Assembly (NCBI GenBank): GCA_963764715.1
Contig: CAVXTP010000006.1
Location: 96,001 to 160,000 of the forward strand
Direction: 5' to 3'
Origin: an uncultured Acidobacteriota bacterium
GTDB taxonomy: Bacteria; Acidobacteriota; Thermoanaerobaculia; UBA5066; Gp7-AA6
Length of the DNA stretch: 64,000 nt
Part shown: positions 42,847 to 51,761 of the stretch, in pieces
Layout: each line of letters begins with the position of its first letter
Position numbering within the stretch: the stretch's first letter is position 1
Translations under genes and position numbers: made by a program
The notes under the pieces: generated by a model
What the model was told of the DNA's origin: nothing
Database searches by the model: none
What the model saw: only the letters and a program-made list of their open reading frames with translations

Positions 42847-44153
42847 TTCACGACCGTGGTCGAAGCCGGCAACTCCGAGCCCGGAGCCTTCCGCGCTTCG
42901 GCCATCCGAACGAGGACTGCGTACGCGTCATGGCCCTCTCGAACCTGCCGAGCCGCCGCGGTCAGCAAGGCCGGCCGGAGATCGTCCGCCTGCCGCCATA
43001 GCTCCCGGATCTGCGCCGCGAGGATCTCGATGACCTCGGGCTGATCGAGGGACACGACCTGACACCCGGCGCCGAATTGATCCGCCAGACCCAGCAACTT
43101 GTCCGTGTAATAGCCCGAGCGCGTCAGGCCGACGACGGGAATTCCCTGCGCGAGCGCAAAGACTCCGGCATGGTAGCTGCCCGTCACGACGACCCGGCAC
43201 TGGCCGACCCGTTGGGCCAACCCGAGCGGCGTATCGAGGCCCACCGGCTCAAACCCTTCCATCTCGTCGGGCAGCAGCTCGCGAAGGGACTCGACGTCCG
43301 AGTCGGCTGCCGCTCTCGAGATCGGAATCGGGAGAAGGACCGCTCCAATTTCGTCGGCCGCTTTCCGGAGGGCGGCCCGTATTTCACTCAGGGCACCGCT
43401 CGGCACACTCGAGTAGCTCGAGACCCGGACATTCACTCCGAGTAAGGAGCCGAGCCGGTGGGGGCGCCGCACGAAGGCAGGCTCAATCGCGTCGTCGCCC
43501 GTGACGCGAATTCGGGCCCGTGAGACACCCAGGGAGTCGAGCAGGGTCAACGCCGCCCGCCCCTCGCGCAGAGCGATCATGTCGACGCGGGGAAGGATCG
43601 CGCGCGCACGCCGGAGGATCACCGGGTCACTCAGGGGACCGATCCCCTGGCCAACCATCGCCGTCGGTGCTCCTCGCCGCTGGAAGCGGCTCAGAAGCTC
43701 GAGGGAGGACAGCGCGTGCCCTCGAAAGGAATCGGTCATGTATCCGCCGCCTCCGAGAACCAGCAGGTCCGCCGCGTCGGCGGCCTCGAGAAACGTTTCG
43801 ATGTCGGCGCGGTCCTCGTCATGGCCTTTCGCCCGGCGGGCGGCGAGGCCATCACTCAAGCCCGGCAGGTGGTCCCGGAAGATCGAATCCGACGCCGCGA
43901 ATCGGCGGGACAGGGCCCTGGGGACTCGGGACCGACCCGGCAATTGGCTCCACTGCAACCACTTTCGAAGACCGTTCGAAGGCACAGGCGTCGCACCGGG
44001 GCAATAGCCTGCCAGGAGCGCGGGCGAGGACGTCAGGACGCCGATGCTCGCTTCGGGCCACTTCGCCTGGAGGCGAGAAACGGCCACCTGAAGCATCGCG
44101 ACGTCGCCCACGTTATTGAGCGCGTAGCCGCTACTGTCCACCAGCACTTTCAT
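42843..44153 (-). CDS. Polysaccharide pyruvyl transferase family protein
   Basis: NVGDVAM, GGGG, GQGIGPL, LREG, TGDDA, GSYHAGVFALAQGIP. Confidence 0.88.
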   Translation of the reverse strand: MKVLVDSSGYALNNVGDVAMLQVAVSRLQAKWPEASIGVLTSSPALLAGYCPGATPVPSNGLRKWLQWSQLPGRSRVPRALSRRFAASDSIFRDHLPGLSDGLAARRAKGHDEDRADIETFLEAADAADLLVLGGGGYMTDSFRGHALSSLELLSRFQRRGAPTAMVGQGIGPLSDPVILRRARAILPRVDMIALREGRAALTLLDSLGVSRARIRVTGDDAIEPAFVRRPHRLGSLLGVNVRVSSYSSVPSGALSEIRAALRKAADEIGAVLLPIPISRAAADSDVESLRELLPDEMEGFEPVGLDTPLGLAQRVGQCRVVVTGSYHAGVFALAQGIPVVGLTRSGYYTDKLLGLADQFGAGCQVVSLDQPEVIEILAAQIRELWRQADDLRPALLTAAARQVREGHDAYAVLVRMAEARKAPGSELPASTTVVK

Positions 44154-44173
44154 TTCGGCATCGCCTCGCGGGC

Positions 44174-45382
44174 CTACACGAACCTTCCGGCCAGAAGAAC
44201 ACGGCGGATCGGGCCGGCCGCGCGCCAGAGCCCCCTCCGTCGCCTGAGCCAGTCCGTGGCCGGCAGCAGTCGTCGGATCACCCGCGACCGCCGGAGAGTT
44301 CGGCTCGTCGCGCGCGCGATTTCTTTCTTTCCGCGGGCGAGCGCCTCGACCCGGATGCGCCGGTAGAAGACCTCATTGTTCGAGCTGGCGATGTACACCC
44401 TCGCCAGCCGGGCGGGATCCACCCGGCCTCCCGGGAACCGAGTCTCCGGCCCGAGCCTTCCGAGAACCCCGAGAGTCGCCATCGTGCGAAGGCACTTCTC
44501 GCAGGCACCACAGTTCTCGTCGGAGCGCCGCCGGAAGCAGACGTGAAGGTTATGCAGCGCGATTTCGAACCGGGAGATGTACTCGAGCTTTTCGAAACGA
44601 TCATGCGTCGCGCCGTCGTGAAGGACTTCGGTCCGGGAAGTCGAAAGGAGGGGGTCGGTCAAGGGGTGCGACCCCCAGGGAACGACATGGGCATAGTCGA
44701 ACGCGGATCCGATCAGCAGTCGACGGTAACGCCCCTCCAGGGCCAGACCGACGCTCGCCAGCCCGCACACATGCCACAAGGGTCCCCAGCCCGCCTTCTC
44801 GAGACGGGTGAGGCGGAGGTTCGTGGCGACGTCCACGAGCGTCTTGCCGAGCCGCTGGGCGATCGCCACCATGCGGGCCTTACGAAGAGCGAACGAGGCT
44901 GCGTCGCTGAGCGGAACGTCGAAGCCCCAGATCGCGATCAAATCGTCCGTCGGAATCTCTCCGGGCTCCATGCTCCGCAGGATCGTGAAGAACGAGTCGA
45001 CGCCGGTGCTGAAGAAGGACCCGGTGAGAGAGCCCCTGGCCGGCGGGCGATCGTCCGCCCTCGGCGCGATCACTTCGATGCGGTGAAGGTGCGGATACCA
45101 CGCCGTCCACACGGCCATGAGCTCTTTCATGTTGCGCGTCATCAAAGGATCTACGGGAAGACAAAGGCGCAGCGGTTCCCCGAGCGTCACGGCCAGCGGA
45201 AGAAGGCACGCCAGCCAGGGATTGCCCGTCTGGCTGAGAGCGCCAGCCAGCTCCGCAGGAACGTCGAACCAGTACTCTTCGGGTTCCGCTCCGGGACGGT
45301 CGTCGTAGGAAACCGATCCCGTCAGGCGGACTCTCCCTCCGTCGAGTGGCGAAGGCGCGACCCGCACCGCGGTCAGCTCCAC
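44174..45382 (-). CDS. Uncharacterised PP-loop (adenine nucleotide alpha-hydrolase-like) protein with Cys cluster, paralogue A
   Basis: FFSTGVDS, WGFD, ATNLR, WGSHPLTD, HVC...NCGACEKCLRT. Confidence 0.7.
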   Translation of the reverse strand: MELTAVRVAPSPLDGGRVRLTGSVSYDDRPGAEPEEYWFDVPAELAGALSQTGNPWLACLLPLAVTLGEPLRLCLPVDPLMTRNMKELMAVWTAWYPHLHRIEVIAPRADDRPPARGSLTGSFFSTGVDSFFTILRSMEPGEIPTDDLIAIWGFDVPLSDAASFALRKARMVAIAQRLGKTLVDVATNLRLTRLEKAGWGPLWHVCGLASVGLALEGRYRRLLIGSAFDYAHVVPWGSHPLTDPLLSTSRTEVLHDGATHDRFEKLEYISRFEIALHNLHVCFRRRSDENCGACEKCLRTMATLGVLGRLGPETRFPGGRVDPARLARVYIASSNNEVFYRRIRVEALARGKKEIARATSRTLRRSRVIRRLLPATDWLRRRRGLWRAAGPIRRVLLAGRFV

Positions 45383-45404
45383 GGATCGGTTCCCTTCCGA
45401 CGGC

Positions 45405-46616
45405 TCATCGGACGACTCGTGCCATCAGCGTGCGCCTCGTCCGGCTCGCCACCGTTGAGAGGCCCCGGACCTTCCGCCCTCTCCACTTGTCCAGGCTCGG
45501 CAGGATCGCGCCGAGAACCGTCGATCTCCGCAGCGCGCCGCGAATCGCGCGAACGATGTCGCGACGCCCCTGCCTGGCCGCCAGCGCCTGGAGGCGCCGG
45601 AGGCTTCGACGCTGTCCCCCCGTCGTCATGAGAATCCGTCGAACCTGTCGGAGATCCGGCGCTCCGGCAGGGAAGGTCGCGGCTCGGTCGCCGGCCCCGC
45701 AGAGCCAGAGTCCCAGCCACGTCAAAGTGCATTTTCGGCACCGGCCGCAGTTGCGATCGGAGATCTCACGGAAACACACGTGGAGGAACCGAAGGGCCAG
45801 GTCGGAACCCGCCAGGTATTGCATTTTGTCGAGCCGAGTCGCCTCGGCGCCGTCGTGGAGAATCTTTGTCGCCGCCGTGGAATTGAGAACGTCCGTCAGA
45901 GGGTGCGAGCCATAGGGTGTCAGCTCGCCGTAGGGCGACGTGGAGCCCACCAGCAGGTACCGGTATCGCCGCTCGAGGGCGAGCCCCACGCCACAAAGCG
46001 CGGAGATGTGGCACAGGTCCGACCACGAGGCCTCGCGAAAGCGGGTTTCCCTGAGGTTGGTCGAGACGACGACGAGATCCATGTCGAGTTCTGCGGCCGC
46101 GAGCTCCATTCGGCGACGGTGGCGCTCGAAGGCTTCCGCGTGCTCGAGGGGATAGTCAAAGCCCTGCACGAGAATCAGATCGTCCACGGACACAGCGGCG
46201 TCGGCGTACTTGCGGTGGTGCAGGACCGTGTAGAAGGAGTCCACGCCACCCGAGAAAAAGGCGCCGGTCCGACGCGGTTCCCCGTTCCCGACCGGGTCGC
46301 TGACTTCGAGCTCGAGGGGAACCGCCCTGAGCGCGGGATACCAGTGGCTCCAGATGTGCAGCAGTTCTCGAATATTGTGCGCGAGCAGACGGTCCACCGG
46401 CAATCCGATCCGGAGCGGCTCATGGAGCGTAGCCGCCACGGGTGCGAGGCAGACCAACCAGGGGTTACCCGACGATGCCAGATCGCTGGCGAAGCGTTCC
46501 GGCACCTCGAACCAGTACGTCTCGGTCGCGGAGGGGCGGGAGTCATAGCGGACGGCGCCCGTCAGGCGAACTCGACCCGGGGCCGAGGGAGCGACGTGAA
46601 TCTCCTGGACTTCCAA
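45405..46616 (-). CDS. Uncharacterised PP-loop protein with Cys cluster, paralogue B
   Basis: FFSGGVDS, QGFD, STNLR, YGSHPLTD, HVC...NCGRCRKC. Confidence 0.7.
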   Translation of the reverse strand: MEVQEIHVAPSAPGRVRLTGAVRYDSRPSATETYWFEVPERFASDLASSGNPWLVCLAPVAATLHEPLRIGLPVDRLLAHNIRELLHIWSHWYPALRAVPLELEVSDPVGNGEPRRTGAFFSGGVDSFYTVLHHRKYADAAVSVDDLILVQGFDYPLEHAEAFERHRRRMELAAAELDMDLVVVSTNLRETRFREASWSDLCHISALCGVGLALERRYRYLLVGSTSPYGELTPYGSHPLTDVLNSTAATKILHDGAEATRLDKMQYLAGSDLALRFLHVCFREISDRNCGRCRKCTLTWLGLWLCGAGDRAATFPAGAPDLRQVRRILMTTGGQRRSLRRLQALAARQGRRDIVRAIRGALRRSTVLGAILPSLDKWRGRKVRGLSTVASRTRRTLMARVVR

Positions 46617-46623
46617 GCGCCCG

Positions 46624-47922
46624 CTAGCTCTTGGAGGCCGCGACGCCCTTCACGTCGGCGGCGGCCGCCTGCTCGATCCGATGTCCCCACTCGTGCGCCA
46701 CGAGACATGCCCCGTGCTCGATACGTGGCACTCGGCCCGTGGGAAAGAAGACCGAGCTTTCGACGCTGAATGCCAGGGAGTTGGGGATCTGGTCGGTCTC
46801 TCGACCCTGAGAATGGACGCTTACGGCAACGCGATATTCCCCCCGGGGGAGTGGAAGATTCGGAATTCGGCAGCTCACGGTCCCCATCGACCCGAGCCCC
46901 ACGGAGAAGCCCGCGATCTGGGTGGAGAGGTGTGTCACCACGATTCCGAGATGATTGATGATCCCCAACATGACCTCCGCTCGCTCCGCTCCGACCCGGT
47001 TCTCATAGGAAAACTCGAACGTGACCGGGGTCCCGGCCACCAGACGCTCCGTCGGTTGGCCTTCGCTGTCCAGCACTCTGGCCCCGGTCAATCGAACCGC
47101 CCCGTCGCCCCGGCGCTCGGGATTGTTCTCGAACGCGTGGGCGGCGGACGCGTGAAGATGGCCCAGATATTCGCGCAGGACGTCGCCCGTCGGACCGTCG
47201 ACGGCGACCGTGCCTTTGCGCAGGAGAATCGCGCGCGCGCACAGGGCCTGCACGGCCGGCATGTTGTGGCTCACGAAGAGCACGGTCCGCCCTTCCTGGG
47301 CGACGTCGCCCATTTTCCCGAGGCACTTCTTCTGGAAGTCGGCGTCGCCGACGGCCAGCACCTCGTCGACCAGCAGGATCTCGGGCTCCAGATGCGCCGC
47401 CACGGCGAACGCCAGGCGCAGGTACATGCCGCTCGAGTAATGCTTGACGGGCGTGTCGATGAATTTCTCGACTTCGGAGAAAGCCACGATCTCGTCGAAC
47501 TTGCGCTCGATCTCGGCGCGGCGCATGCCGAGGATGGCGCCGTTCAGGTAGATGTTCTCGCGTCCCGTCAGCTCCGGGTGGAAACCCGTGCCGACCTCGA
47601 GAAGCGAGCCGACGCGCCCGTGGATCTCGGCGACGCCGTGGGTGGGGTCGGTGATTCGCGCCAGGATCTTCAGAAGCGTGCTCTTGCCGGCGCCGTTGCG
47701 ACCGATGATGCCGACGACCTCGCCGGCTCGAACCTCGAAGTTCACGTCGCGAAGCGCCCAGAGCTGCTCGTCTCCGCCCTTCCGGGTGCGCCGACGCAGG
47801 AGGCGGGACGGGGCCTTCGCCAGCGCCGCGATCGAATCGCGCAGCGTCTTGTACTTCTCGAGGCGCAGGCCGATCCGGTATTCCTTCGAGAGCCCCTCCA
47901 CGCGGACCGCGATGTCGGACAT
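46624..47922 (-). CDS. wzt: Polysaccharide ABC transporter ATP-binding subunit with Wzt C-terminal domain (copy 2)
   Basis: Same Walker A, signature and Walker B motifs as copy 1; divergent C-terminal domain. Confidence 0.92.
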   Translation of the reverse strand: MSDIAVRVEGLSKEYRIGLRLEKYKTLRDSIAALAKAPSRLLRRRTRKGGDEQLWALRDVNFEVRAGEVVGIIGRNGAGKSTLLKILARITDPTHGVAEIHGRVGSLLEVGTGFHPELTGRENIYLNGAILGMRRAEIERKFDEIVAFSEVEKFIDTPVKHYSSGMYLRLAFAVAAHLEPEILLVDEVLAVGDADFQKKCLGKMGDVAQEGRTVLFVSHNMPAVQALCARAILLRKGTVAVDGPTGDVLREYLGHLHASAAHAFENNPERRGDGAVRLTGARVLDSEGQPTERLVAGTPVTFEFSYENRVGAERAEVMLGIINHLGIVVTHLSTQIAGFSVGLGSMGTVSCRIPNLPLPRGEYRVAVSVHSQGRETDQIPNSLAFSVESSVFFPTGRVPRIEHGACLVAHEWGHRIEQAAAADVKGVAASKS

Positions 47923-47924
47923 CG

Positions 47925-48884
47925 TCAGACCCCCGCCCCGACGACCGCGCGGTAGTGGGCCAGCGATTTCGCAAGCCCTTCCGCCAGCTCGACCCGCGGC
48001 CGATAGCCGAGCTCGCGGCCGGCGAGGCCGAGATCCGCGGCCGAGTGAAGCACGTCCCCGGCGCGCGGCGGCTCGTGCCGGGGCGCCGGACCTCCCCCGA
48101 CGGTTTCGCGCACCGTGTCGGCGAGCTCGTTCACCGTCGTCTGCTTCCCGCCCGCCACGTTGTAGGCGCGGCCGCACGCCGACGCCGGCGCCTGCGCGGC
48201 TCGAAGGTTGGCCTCGACCGCGTCGGCCACGTAAGTGAAGTCGCGGCTCTGGGCACCGTCGCCGTAGATGACGGGGGCCTCGCCCGCGAGATACGCCTTG
48301 AAAAACCGGGGGATGACGGCGGCGTAAGGGCCGTCGGGGTCCTGGCGCGGACCGTAGACGTTGAAGTAGCGCAGGCCAATGAGCTCCATCCCGTAGCAGC
48401 GGGCGAAGTTGGACGCCAGCTCCTCGTTCATGGCCTTGGACAGGGCGTAGGGCGACAGCACTTCGCCCTCCTCCCCTTCCCGCTTCGGAAGGCGCACGCT
48501 GTCCCCGTAAACGCTCGACGAGGACGCGTAGACGACGCGCCGGACCGCGGCATCGCGCGCCGCCGCGAAGACGTTCGCGGTTCCCGAGACGTTGACGGCG
48601 ATGCTCGTCGCGGGGTCCTTCATCGACCGCGGCACCGAGCCGAGCGCGGCCTGGTGAAAGACCACCTCCGTGCCGGCGCAGGCCTCCCGGCACGCTCCCG
48701 CGTCGCGGATGTCCGCCTCGATGAAGTCGATGTTCGAGGCGCAGTGCGCGAGGTTCGCCCGCTTGCCGTTCGACAGGTCGTCCAGCGCCCGAACGCGCGC
48801 ACCGAGGCCGAGGAGCGCATCGACGAGATGCGATCCGATGAACCCCGCGGCGCCCGTCACGAGCACCCGTTGTCCGCGCATCAC
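47925..48884 (-). CDS. NAD-dependent UDP-sugar 4-epimerase (WbpP/TviC-like SDR)
   Basis: TGAAGFIGS, HQAALGSVPRS, SSSSVYG, YALSK, RYFNVYGPRQDP. Confidence 0.92.
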   Translation of the reverse strand: MMRGQRVLVTGAAGFIGSHLVDALLGLGARVRALDDLSNGKRANLAHCASNIDFIEADIRDAGACREACAGTEVVFHQAALGSVPRSMKDPATSIAVNVSGTANVFAAARDAAVRRVVYASSSSVYGDSVRLPKREGEEGEVLSPYALSKAMNEELASNFARCYGMELIGLRYFNVYGPRQDPDGPYAAVIPRFFKAYLAGEAPVIYGDGAQSRDFTYVADAVEANLRAAQAPASACGRAYNVAGGKQTTVNELADTVRETVGGGPAPRHEPPRAGDVLHSAADLGLAGRELGYRPRVELAEGLAKSLAHYRAVVGAGV

Positions 48885-48906
48885 GCCTCCCCTCCGGCCG
48901 GGGGCC

Positions 48907-50323
48907 TCAGGCCTTCACGACGTTCTCCCGGGGCGCGCGATAGACGCCGCGCGTATCGATGACGAGCCTCGCGTGCCGGACCACGGCGTCGTAGTCCACC
49001 GCCGAATGGTCGGTCACGATCACGACCGCGTCCTGCGCCCGCAGCAGGTCCTCCGTCAGCGGCGCCGACGTCATGGGCGGCAGGTCCGGCCACGAACGCA
49101 TCCGCGGCGCCTTCGGGACGTGCGGGTCGTGGTACGACACCTCGGCGCCGAGCTTCAGGAGGCCCTCGATGATCTCGAAGGCCGGGCTCTCGCGCGGATC
49201 GTCGATGTCCTTCTTGTAGGCGATGCCGAGGACGAGGACCCGGCTTCCGCGCGACGGCCTTGCGCCGCTCGTTGAGCGCGAGGGTGAGCTTCTCGAGATC
49301 ACGTACTCGGGCATCTGCACGTTGACCTCGCCGGCGAGCTCGATGAACTTCGGCGTCACGCCGTACTCGCGCGCCTTCCAGGACAGGTAGAACGGGTCGA
49401 GCGGGATGCAGTGACCGCCCCAGCCCGGCCCCGGGTTGAAGCGCATGAAGCCGAAGGGCTTGGTCGACGCCGCGTCGAGCACGCTCCAGATGTCGATTCC
49501 CATCCGGTCGAAGACGATCTTGAGCTCGTTGACGAGGGCGATGTTGACCGCGCGGAAGATGTTCTCGACGAGCTTGGCGGCCTCCGCTTCCCGGGCGCTC
49601 GCGACGCGGACGGTCCGCACGACGATCTGGTCGTAGAGGCCTGCGCGAGGTCGCCGCCCGACCTGATCGACCCCTCCGACGATCTTCGGGATCGTCGCGG
49701 TATTGAAGCTTTCCGTTGCCCGGGTCCTCGCGCTCCGGCGAGAACGCGAGGAAGAAGTCGCGCCCGCACTGCAGCCCGGACTCCTCGAGGATGCGCCGAA
49801 CGAGCTCGTCGGTCGTGCCCGGGTACGTCGTCGACTCGAGGACGACGAGCTGACCCGGCCGCAGCCGCGCCCGGATCTGCTGGACGGTGTTGACGACGTA
49901 GCTCATGTCGGGCTCGCGCTGGGGCGTCAGACGGCGTCGGCACGCAGATGATCAGCGACGTCCGGCTCGCCCAGCCGCCGGAAGTCGGCGGTGGCCTGGA
50001 AGAGCTTGCCGGACAGGGCGCGCGATCAGCCGGCTTCCGTCCAGGTGCTGGATGTAGTTGCGTCCGTCGTTCAGGGCCTCGACCTTCGTCGCATCGACGT
50101 CGAAGCCGAGGACCGAGAAGCCCTTTTCGGCGAAGGTCAGGGCCAGGGGCAGGCCGACGTAGCCCAGTCCGACGATGCCGACGACCGCCGTCCGGCTCTG
50201 GATCTTCTCGTGGAGGCTCGCCACGGGCGCGCTCGCTTCGGTCACCAAGCTCGACTCCTCTCTGTCCCGTTGTCCGGGCTTCGCCCCCTTCGGTGTACCA
50301 ACCGACATGGAGGACTCCCTCAT
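48907..50323 (-). CDS. UDP-N-acetylhexosamine 6-dehydrogenase (WbpA/WecC/TviB family); several frameshifts
   Basis: GLGYVGLP, LESTTYPGTT, FSPERxDPG, KLVENIFRAVNIALVNE, GGHCIPLDP, AYKKDIDDPRESP, VTDH. Confidence 0.92.
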
Positions 50324-50339
50324 TTGTTGCGCCGGCGAA

Positions 50340-50924
50340 TCAGGCGACGGCGCTTTTTTCCAAGCCGGCCGCGCCCCCGGACATCCGGGTCAGGCTCGAC
50401 CGGTCAAACTCGACCGCGACGTTCTGTCGCAGCATCGAGACCGAAACGACGAGGCGAACGGACGACTGCTCCCGGAGCACCTGCCCGCGATAGCCGCGGA
50501 ACGGCCCCTCGGCGATCAGGACGACGTCGCCCGGGGCGAGCGGCGCGAACGGCACCAGGTTCGCCCCGGACTCCTGCAGGGCTCGCAGCTGGCGGAGCTC
50601 GGCGTGGAGCAGGTCCTGGTCGCGCACTTCGAGGAGCTTGACGACGAGACCGCTCCGGAACACCGCGGCCCGCGTCGCCGGGTCCGCCCGCAGAAACACG
50701 TAGCCCGGGAAGAGCGGGATGTAGGAGGCGAAGCGGCGGCCGCCCCTCCGCACCAGCCGTTCGTAGACGGGAAGATAGATGCCCGTCCCGACGGGCGTGA
50801 GGTGCCGGACGAGGGCCTTCTCCTGACGGCTCCGGGTGTGGGCGACCGTCCAGGGAAGATCCGTCGGAGGCAAGTCGAACAGGCCCTGAGGAAAGACCTC
50901 AGGCCCCCGCTTCAACAGAGGCAC
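50340..50924 (-). CDS. NusG-family specialised antiterminator (RfaH/UpxY/LoaP-like)
   Basis: NGN domain WTVAHTRSRQEK...PLFPGYVF and KOW motif PGDVVLIAEGPFRGYRG. First gene of the long glycan operon. Confidence 0.88.
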   Translation of the reverse strand: MPLLKRGPEVFPQGLFDLPPTDLPWTVAHTRSRQEKALVRHLTPVGTGIYLPVYERLVRRGGRRFASYIPLFPGYVFLRADPATRAAVFRSGLVVKLLEVRDQDLLHAELRQLRALQESGANLVPFAPLAPGDVVLIAEGPFRGYRGQVLREQSSVRLVVSVSMLRQNVAVEFDRSSLTRMSGGAAGLEKSAVA

Positions 50925-50995
50925 TCGTCCTGGCCCTCTCCGCCGCACACCGCAGCTATCTTGCTGCAGGCGCGAGGCTTTGTGTCGTGAAAGCG

Positions 50996-51004
50996 CAGTA
51001 TAGC
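50996..51004 (-). promoter_or_regulatory. Putative extended -10 promoter (TGCTATACT) of the 35-kb operon
   Basis: Reverse complement of AGTATAGCA, about 70 nt upstream of the NusG-paralogue start. Confidence 0.5.
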
Positions 51005-51020
51005 ACGGCGCTTTGACCCC

Positions 51021-51761
51021 TCAGGAGCCCGGACCCGGGGCCTGTCCTTTCAGCCGATCGGCGACCAGGTTCGCGGCTCGCGCGTTTCCGCCTTCCTGCA
51101 GGATCTGGGCCGCCCGGCGAAGAGTCGGGTGGTCGTCCGGGAGCATCCGTATCGCAAGGTCGGGGCCGAGCGTCTCGACCGCCGTCGGAAGCGCCGCCCG
51201 GAGGAAGTCCGGGCTCGCGAAGGCGCGCTGCAGGACCGCTTCGGCCCGCTTGCGGTCGTCGGCGGACAGGGACTCCCAGGTCGCGAGGTAACGGCTTCCG
51301 AGCTCGCTCCACGCCAGATCCAGGCCGGGCGCCGCGGCCGTCGCGAGCGTGAGGGGCCGCTCCCAGCCTGCCGGCGGTCCGCTCAGCGCGGCCGAGCGCC
51401 CGAGCGAGAGCCGCGCGAACGCGGACCCGGGTCGCTTCTCGACGACCCCGAGGATGACCGCCCGGGCGTTCTCTCCCGGCGGCGGCTTCGCGGCGTCGCC
51501 GGCCGGCGCCGCCGCGAGCGCCTCGACGAGGACGATCCCCGCTTCGCCGTTTTCGTCGATCACGTCGGCCGTCTCGAGCGCGGCCGGGAAGCGGCGGGCG
51601 CCGTCCTGTTGCCGCGCGACCGCGTCCCAGTCGCGGCGTTCCTGCGTGTCGCGGACCATCATCGACACGGCCGCCGCGGTCAGCAGAACGCACCCGATCG
51701 CGAGGACCCAGCGCGGACCCGTCTTCGATGCGCGCAGTCCCGAATAGGCCTGGGGGCTCAC
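51021..51761 (-). CDS. Hypothetical membrane-anchored alpha-helical (TPR-like) protein
   Basis: GTGA overlap with the phosphatase gene; one N-terminal TM helix (WVLAIGCVLLTAAAVSMMV). Confidence 0.6.
   Translation of the reverse strand: MSPQAYSGLRASKTGPRWVLAIGCVLLTAAAVSMMVRDTQERRDWDAVARQQDGARRFPAALETADVIDENGEAGIVLVEALAAAPAGDAAKPPPGENARAVILGVVEKRPGSAFARLSLGRSAALSGPPAGWERPLTLATAAAPGLDLAWSELGSRYLATWESLSADDRKRAEAVLQRAFASPDFLRAALPTAVETLGPDLAIRMLPDDHPTLRRAAQILQEGGNARAANLVADRLKGQAPGPGS

Noticed and set aside
44174-46616. queC or a QueC-based (Qat-type) defence system
   Set aside because: The proteins are ~400 aa with an extra N-terminal domain, have no que or qat partner genes, and are embedded in a glycan operon.
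50925-50995. Canonical ops/JUMPstart element
   Set aside because: No GGCGGTAG match; only a weak resemblance (AAGATAGCTG).
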